DNA of 48,411 bases from Patescibacteria group bacterium (GTDB lineage Bacteria; Patescibacteriota; Minisyncoccia; Moranbacterales; JAKLHP01). The stretch's first letter is position 1; each line of letters begins with the position of its first letter. Below, one piece after another: positions 44,146 through 48,411 of the stretch. The translations under genes and the position numbers were made by a program. The stretch spans positions 1 through 48,411 of the forward strand of contig JAZDKA010000018.1 of the NCBI GenBank assembly GCA_043803385.1, given 5' to 3'. The notes under the pieces are model-generated. The model saw only the letters and a list, made by a program, of their open reading frames with translations. It ran no database searches and was not told the origin of the DNA.

Positions 44146-44850
44146 ATGATGTATCACGCGAAGCTGGATAAATTCGAGGGGCCGATGGAATTGCTTTTGG
44201 AGCTTATTGAAGGGCAAAAGATGGATATTGCGGAGGTGAGCCTGGCAAAAGTCGCGGACCAATATTTGGAATATATTGAGCAAAAAAAAGACATCAGTCT
44301 TGAAAATCTGGCTGATTTTTTGACGGTAGCTTCCCGGCTAATCCTTATAAAATCAAGAACTTTGCTTCCAACTTTGGAATTTTCCGAGGAAGAAGAAAAG
44401 GAAATCAAAGACCTGGAGAAACAGCTTAGCGAATACAAAAAATTCAAGGAAATTTCAACGGCTTTGGGAAAATTGGCTAATTCAAAAAGAGTCAGCTTTG
44501 CCAGAGAAGAATTTTCCGGAATGAAATCATTTTTCTATCCTCCGGAAAATATCAATGTTTACGACCTCAAAAAATATTTTGCAAGAATCCTGGATGAAAT
44601 TCCGATTTTTGAAAAATTAGAGGAGGAAATGGTGAGAGAAGTGATAACCATTGAGGAAAAAATTAACCATCTCCAGAATTTCATCAGGGAAAAAATTGAA
44701 ACATCATTTTCCGAACTGGTCTCGGCTTCGGAGGACAAAATCGAAGTGATTATTTCATTTCTGGCAATGCTGGAAATGGTAAAACAAAAGATAATAAATG
44801 TGGAACAAGACAAACTGTTCGACAATATTAAAATGAAAATAAACGCCTAG
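44146..44850 (+). CDS. scpA: Segregation and condensation protein A (kleisin)
   Basis: FEGPMELLLELI, ASRLILIKSRTLLP, FLAMLEMVK. Confidence 0.93.
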   Translation: MMYHAKLDKFEGPMELLLELIEGQKMDIAEVSLAKVADQYLEYIEQKKDISLENLADFLTVASRLILIKSRTLLPTLEFSEEEEKEIKDLEKQLSEYKKFKEISTALGKLANSKRVSFAREEFSGMKSFFYPPENINVYDLKKYFARILDEIPIFEKLEEEMVREVITIEEKINHLQNFIREKIETSFSELVSASEDKIEVIISFLAMLEMVKQKIINVEQDKLFDNIKMKINA

Positions 44851-44856
44851 ATTTTT

Positions 44857-45402
44857 ATGGAAATAGAAAGATTAAAATCAATAATCGAAAGCCTCTTGTT
44901 TGTAAACGGCGATCCGATAAAAATATCAAAACTGGCCAAAATTATCGAGGTTTCCAAAGAGGAAATTAAAAATGCTTTAATGATGCTTATGGCTGATTAT
45001 TCCTCTCCCAAAAGAGGAATTGTTATCATGCGCAAAGAGGACGAAGTCCAGCTGGCAACCAGTCCTGATAATTCCGGATTTATTGATAAAATTGTGAAAA
45101 GCGAACTCCAAGAATCCCTTTCCAACGCGTCTTTGGAGGTTTTGTCGATTGTCGCGTATCGGGGGCCGATAACTAGAGCTGAAATCGAATCGGTCCGAGG
45201 GGTGAATTGCACCTATACTCTCCGTAATTTGCTGATGAGGGGCCTCATTGAAAGAATTGGAAATCCAAAAGATCTTCGCGGATACGTTTATAAGATATCA
45301 TTTGATTTTCTGAAAAAAATAGGGATAGATAGCGTAAATAAGCTTCCTAATTATAAGGAATTAAGTAAAGATGAAAGAATAGAAACAGTAATAAACAATT
45401 AG
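44857..45402 (+). CDS. scpB: Segregation and condensation protein B
   Basis: IESLLFV, LEVLSIVAYRGPITRAEIESVRGVN. Confidence 0.95.
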   Translation: MEIERLKSIIESLLFVNGDPIKISKLAKIIEVSKEEIKNALMMLMADYSSPKRGIVIMRKEDEVQLATSPDNSGFIDKIVKSELQESLSNASLEVLSIVAYRGPITRAEIESVRGVNCTYTLRNLLMRGLIERIGNPKDLRGYVYKISFDFLKKIGIDSVNKLPNYKELSKDERIETVINN

Positions 45403-45416
45403 TTTAAAAGTTCTGT

Positions 45417-46424
45417 ATGAATACAATTGCAACAATTTTAATGCTGGTGATTGCGCCTCTTAACGCTTTTTTACCTATAAGCAACAATTCAAGCAAGAGC
45501 AATTCAACTTCTAAGGAGATTTCCGGTTCAGTTGAAGGGATAGGAAATAATAATGAAATTTTAGCGCTTAATAATGCTCCGATTTCTGCTCCTATTTACC
45601 AGCCGATAAAAAATGATAATGCATATGATTTAGCTATCCCCAATGCCCATGCGGCTGTAATTATCGATGTTGATTCAAAAAAAATCCTTTTCGGAAGCAG
45701 TGAAAATGAAAAAAGGCAAATTGCTTCACTTACTAAAATGATGACTGCGACATTGGTGATGGAAAAAGTTTCTGATCTGGATGAAGTTGTGACGATTGAT
45801 GAAGAGGCGGTTTATTCTGAAGGGACAAGAATAGGATGCCCCAGATCGGGATATTGCATCAGCCAAAGGCTCAAAGTCGGAGAAAAAATTTCAGTTTTAA
45901 ATCTTCTTAAGGCAATGTTAATGAATAGCGCCAACGATGCAGCTATAGCTTTATCCAAACATATTAGCGGAACCCAGGATGCTTTTGTCGAGCTAATGAA
46001 TAAAAAAGCCAAAGAATTTGGCCTCAATGATTCGCATTTTTGCACGGCATCCGGACTTGAGCCAGAGGGCAGAGAATCAGAATGCTACTCCTCGGCTTAT
46101 GATATCGGCTATATTGCTACTTACTCGATGAAATATGATTTAATCTGGGATATCATGCGCCTTCCAAATAACACAGTAATAACCTCAACGGATGGAACTT
46201 GCAGCCACACAATTTTAAACACCGACATTGTTTTAAATGACATTATCAACTGTATCGGAGGGAAAACCGGTTTTACTCCGTTGGCTGGAAGGTCGCTCCT
46301 CCTTGCCGCCTCCGATCCGACTGGAAAACATAAAGTTGTAGCAGTGCTTCTTGATGATCCCTATCGCTGGCAGGACATCAAAACAATGATCAATTGGACA
46401 TTTAAATCGTATGAGTGGAAATAA
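45417..46424 (+). CDS. D-alanyl-D-alanine carboxypeptidase (peptidase S11)
   Basis: Signal/TM segment, ASLTKMMT, SANDA, GKTGFT. Confidence 0.92.
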   Translation: MNTIATILMLVIAPLNAFLPISNNSSKSNSTSKEISGSVEGIGNNNEILALNNAPISAPIYQPIKNDNAYDLAIPNAHAAVIIDVDSKKILFGSSENEKRQIASLTKMMTATLVMEKVSDLDEVVTIDEEAVYSEGTRIGCPRSGYCISQRLKVGEKISVLNLLKAMLMNSANDAAIALSKHISGTQDAFVELMNKKAKEFGLNDSHFCTASGLEPEGRESECYSSAYDIGYIATYSMKYDLIWDIMRLPNNTVITSTDGTCSHTILNTDIVLNDIINCIGGKTGFTPLAGRSLLLAASDPTGKHKVVAVLLDDPYRWQDIKTMINWTFKSYEWK

Positions 46425-46429
46425 ATTTT

Positions 46430-47539
46430 ATGCAGATTGCTCAAATACAAACAATTCCTGAAGTGATAAATATCCTCAAGGTTTTAGTAACCGGATTCCT
46501 GGCTTTTGTCTTGGCTTTTCTTATTACTCCGCTTTGGACGCATTTTCTTTATAAATATAAAATAGGAATAAAGATAAAAGAAAAATCGGTAGATGGCAAA
46601 GAGCTGGTTTATGTTAATAAGCTTCACGCCGGGAAATCCGGCACTCCGACAATGGGCGGGCTTATCATTTGGTTTTCAGTAGCCGTTTTGATATTAGCTT
46701 CTCATTTTGTTTTTCCGGCAGTGGCGAAGCTAACAGGCACTAATTTTTTCGCCAGACTGGATTTTTTCAGCCGTCCGCAAGTCTGGCTTCCGCTTTTTGC
46801 TTTGGTTTCGGCAGGAATTTTGGGGCTAGTTGATGATTTTATGAGTGTGAAGGGATTCGGGAGCAACAAAGGCGGCGGAATGCGATTTGCGATGCGCTTC
46901 TGGTGGATTTTGGTTATTGCCGGAATCGGAGCCTGGTGGTTTTTTTCAAAACTGGGCTGGGATAGAATTCATATTCCGGCATACGGCGATATTTCCATAG
47001 GATTTTGGTATATTCCGCTTTTTATTTTTGTCATTCTTTTTTCGGCTATTTCATCCAATGAAACTGACGGATTGGACGGATTAAACGGCGGAGTTTTGGC
47101 TATCGCTTTTTCCTCATTCGCCCTTATTTCTTTTTTTCAAAATAAAATAGATTTAGCCGCTTTTTGTGTAGCGATTGCCGGGGCGCTTTTAGCTTTTCTC
47201 TGGTTTAATATTCATCCGGCGAGATTTTTTATGGGTGATACAGGCGCAGTTTCACTTGGAGCGACACTGGGAGTGGTGGCAATGCTTACTAATTCAGCCT
47301 TAGTATTCTTTATAATCACTTTTATTTATATTTTGGAATCAGGAAGCGTGGCGGTTCAGCTTTTCAGCAAGAAATTTTTCCATCGAAAAATATTTTTGGC
47401 GGCTCCAATCCATCATCATCTTGAAGCCAAGGGCTGGCCGGAAACTAAAATAACAATGAGATTTTGGATTATTGCCGTAATCACCGCGCTTCTGGGAGTA
47501 ATTATCGGAATTTTAGGAGCGGGAAGATTCCATAGTTAG
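46430..47539 (+). CDS. mraY: Phospho-MurNAc-pentapeptide transferase
   Basis: KSGTPTMGG, GLVDD, NETDGLDGL, FMGDTG, APIHHHLE. Confidence 0.95.
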   Translation: MQIAQIQTIPEVINILKVLVTGFLAFVLAFLITPLWTHFLYKYKIGIKIKEKSVDGKELVYVNKLHAGKSGTPTMGGLIIWFSVAVLILASHFVFPAVAKLTGTNFFARLDFFSRPQVWLPLFALVSAGILGLVDDFMSVKGFGSNKGGGMRFAMRFWWILVIAGIGAWWFFSKLGWDRIHIPAYGDISIGFWYIPLFIFVILFSAISSNETDGLDGLNGGVLAIAFSSFALISFFQNKIDLAAFCVAIAGALLAFLWFNIHPARFFMGDTGAVSLGATLGVVAMLTNSALVFFIITFIYILESGSVAVQLFSKKFFHRKIFLAAPIHHHLEAKGWPETKITMRFWIIAVITALLGVIIGILGAGRFHS

Positions 47540-47569
47540 TTAAAAGTTAAAAATTTAAAGTTGAAAGTT

Positions 47570-48411
47570 ATGAATAATATGAGAAAGATACAAAATGCGG
47601 ACTTAAAAAATAAAAAAGTTTTATTGCGAGTGGATTTTAACGTAGCGATTGAAAATGAAGAGGCGAGGGAGAAATATAAAATAGAATCTTGCAAAGAATC
47701 GGTAGAATATTTGATAGGGCAACATGCAAAAGTTGCTTTAGTCACTCATCTAGGAAGACCCGAAGGAAAACCAAATCCAGAGTTTTCTTTGAAGCCGATT
47801 GCGGATGATGCGGAAAGAATCTTGGAGATAAAAGTCAGATTTATTGGCGATTGTATTGGCGAAAAAGTGCAAGAAGGATTAGGAAATTTGGAATCAGGAG
47901 AAGTTTTATTGCTAGAAAATGTCCGTTTTTATGAGGGCGAAGAGAAAAATAACGAGGAATTTGCCAAAAAACTAGCGGAAAATTTTGATATTTTTATCAA
48001 TGATGCTTTTAGCGTTTGTCATCGGGATCAGGCTTCGGTTACCGGAGTAGCAAAACTCTTGCCCAGTTTTGCCGGATTTTGGCTTCAAAAGGAAATTGAA
48101 AATCTGGATAAAATAAAAAACAATCCGGAGCATCCGGCGGTGGCGATTATCGGCGGAGCAAAAATCGAAACTAAGCTTCCGCTTATTAAAAAATTCGAAA
48201 ATAGTTACGATAACATTTTAGTCGGAGGAAAAATTGCTAATGAAGCAATTGACCAGAGACTAAAATTTAACGAAAAAGTTATGCTTCCGGTGGATTTTGG
48301 GGGAGACAGGCTGGATATTGGCGAAGAAACTGTCAAAAAATTCACAGAAATTATCAAAAACGCCAAAACGATTGTCTGGAACGGACCGATGGGAAAATTT
48401 GAAGAAACGGA
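47570..48411 (+). CDS. pgk: Phosphoglycerate kinase (5' part, runs off window end)
   Basis: KKVLLRVDFNV, THLGRP, LLENVRF, NDAFSVCHR, GGAK, WNGPMG. Confidence 0.95.
   Translation, partial: MNNMRKIQNADLKNKKVLLRVDFNVAIENEEAREKYKIESCKESVEYLIGQHAKVALVTHLGRPEGKPNPEFSLKPIADDAERILEIKVRFIGDCIGEKVQEGLGNLESGEVLLLENVRFYEGEEKNNEEFAKKLAENFDIFINDAFSVCHRDQASVTGVAKLLPSFAGFWLQKEIENLDKIKNNPEHPAVAIIGGAKIETKLPLIKKFENSYDNILVGGKIANEAIDQRLKFNEKVMLPVDFGGDRLDIGEETVKKFTEIIKNAKTIVWNGPMGKFEET

Overview
This is an AT-rich bacterial chromosome segment. Its gene set, lack of Shine-Dalgarno (SD) sites at core genes and repeat content suggest a Patescibacteria/CPR (Parcubacteria-like) genome; that taxonomy is inferred, not verified. 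Most of it is housekeeping: trpS 3' end, PMM/PGM, recG, gap, a short smc, rpsP, rplJL, dnaX, rarA, mraZ-rsmH-ftsL-ftsI-murF, typA, a prenyltransferase, uppS, trxA, an S41 protease, scpAB, a D,D-carboxypeptidase, mraY and the pgk 5' part, plus four intact tRNAs. The unusual signal is between genes. (1) Several single genes are bracketed by direct repeats. The clearest is a wHTH/PaaX-Cas2-like gene flanked by 40-bp palindromes whose arms look swapped, as after a central crossover. (2) An intact tRNA-Arg(GCG) sits inside inverted repeats within the D-loop of a second, doubly interrupted tRNA-Arg. (3) There are two GC-rich, highly paired ncRNA candidates, one behind tandem consensus promoters. (4) Three micro-ORFs have perfect SD sites with initiation regions buried in hairpins. 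(5) Several palindromic, MITE-like and heptamer repeat families occur, some in frame inside conserved proteins. All calls come from reading the sequence; no database searches were run.
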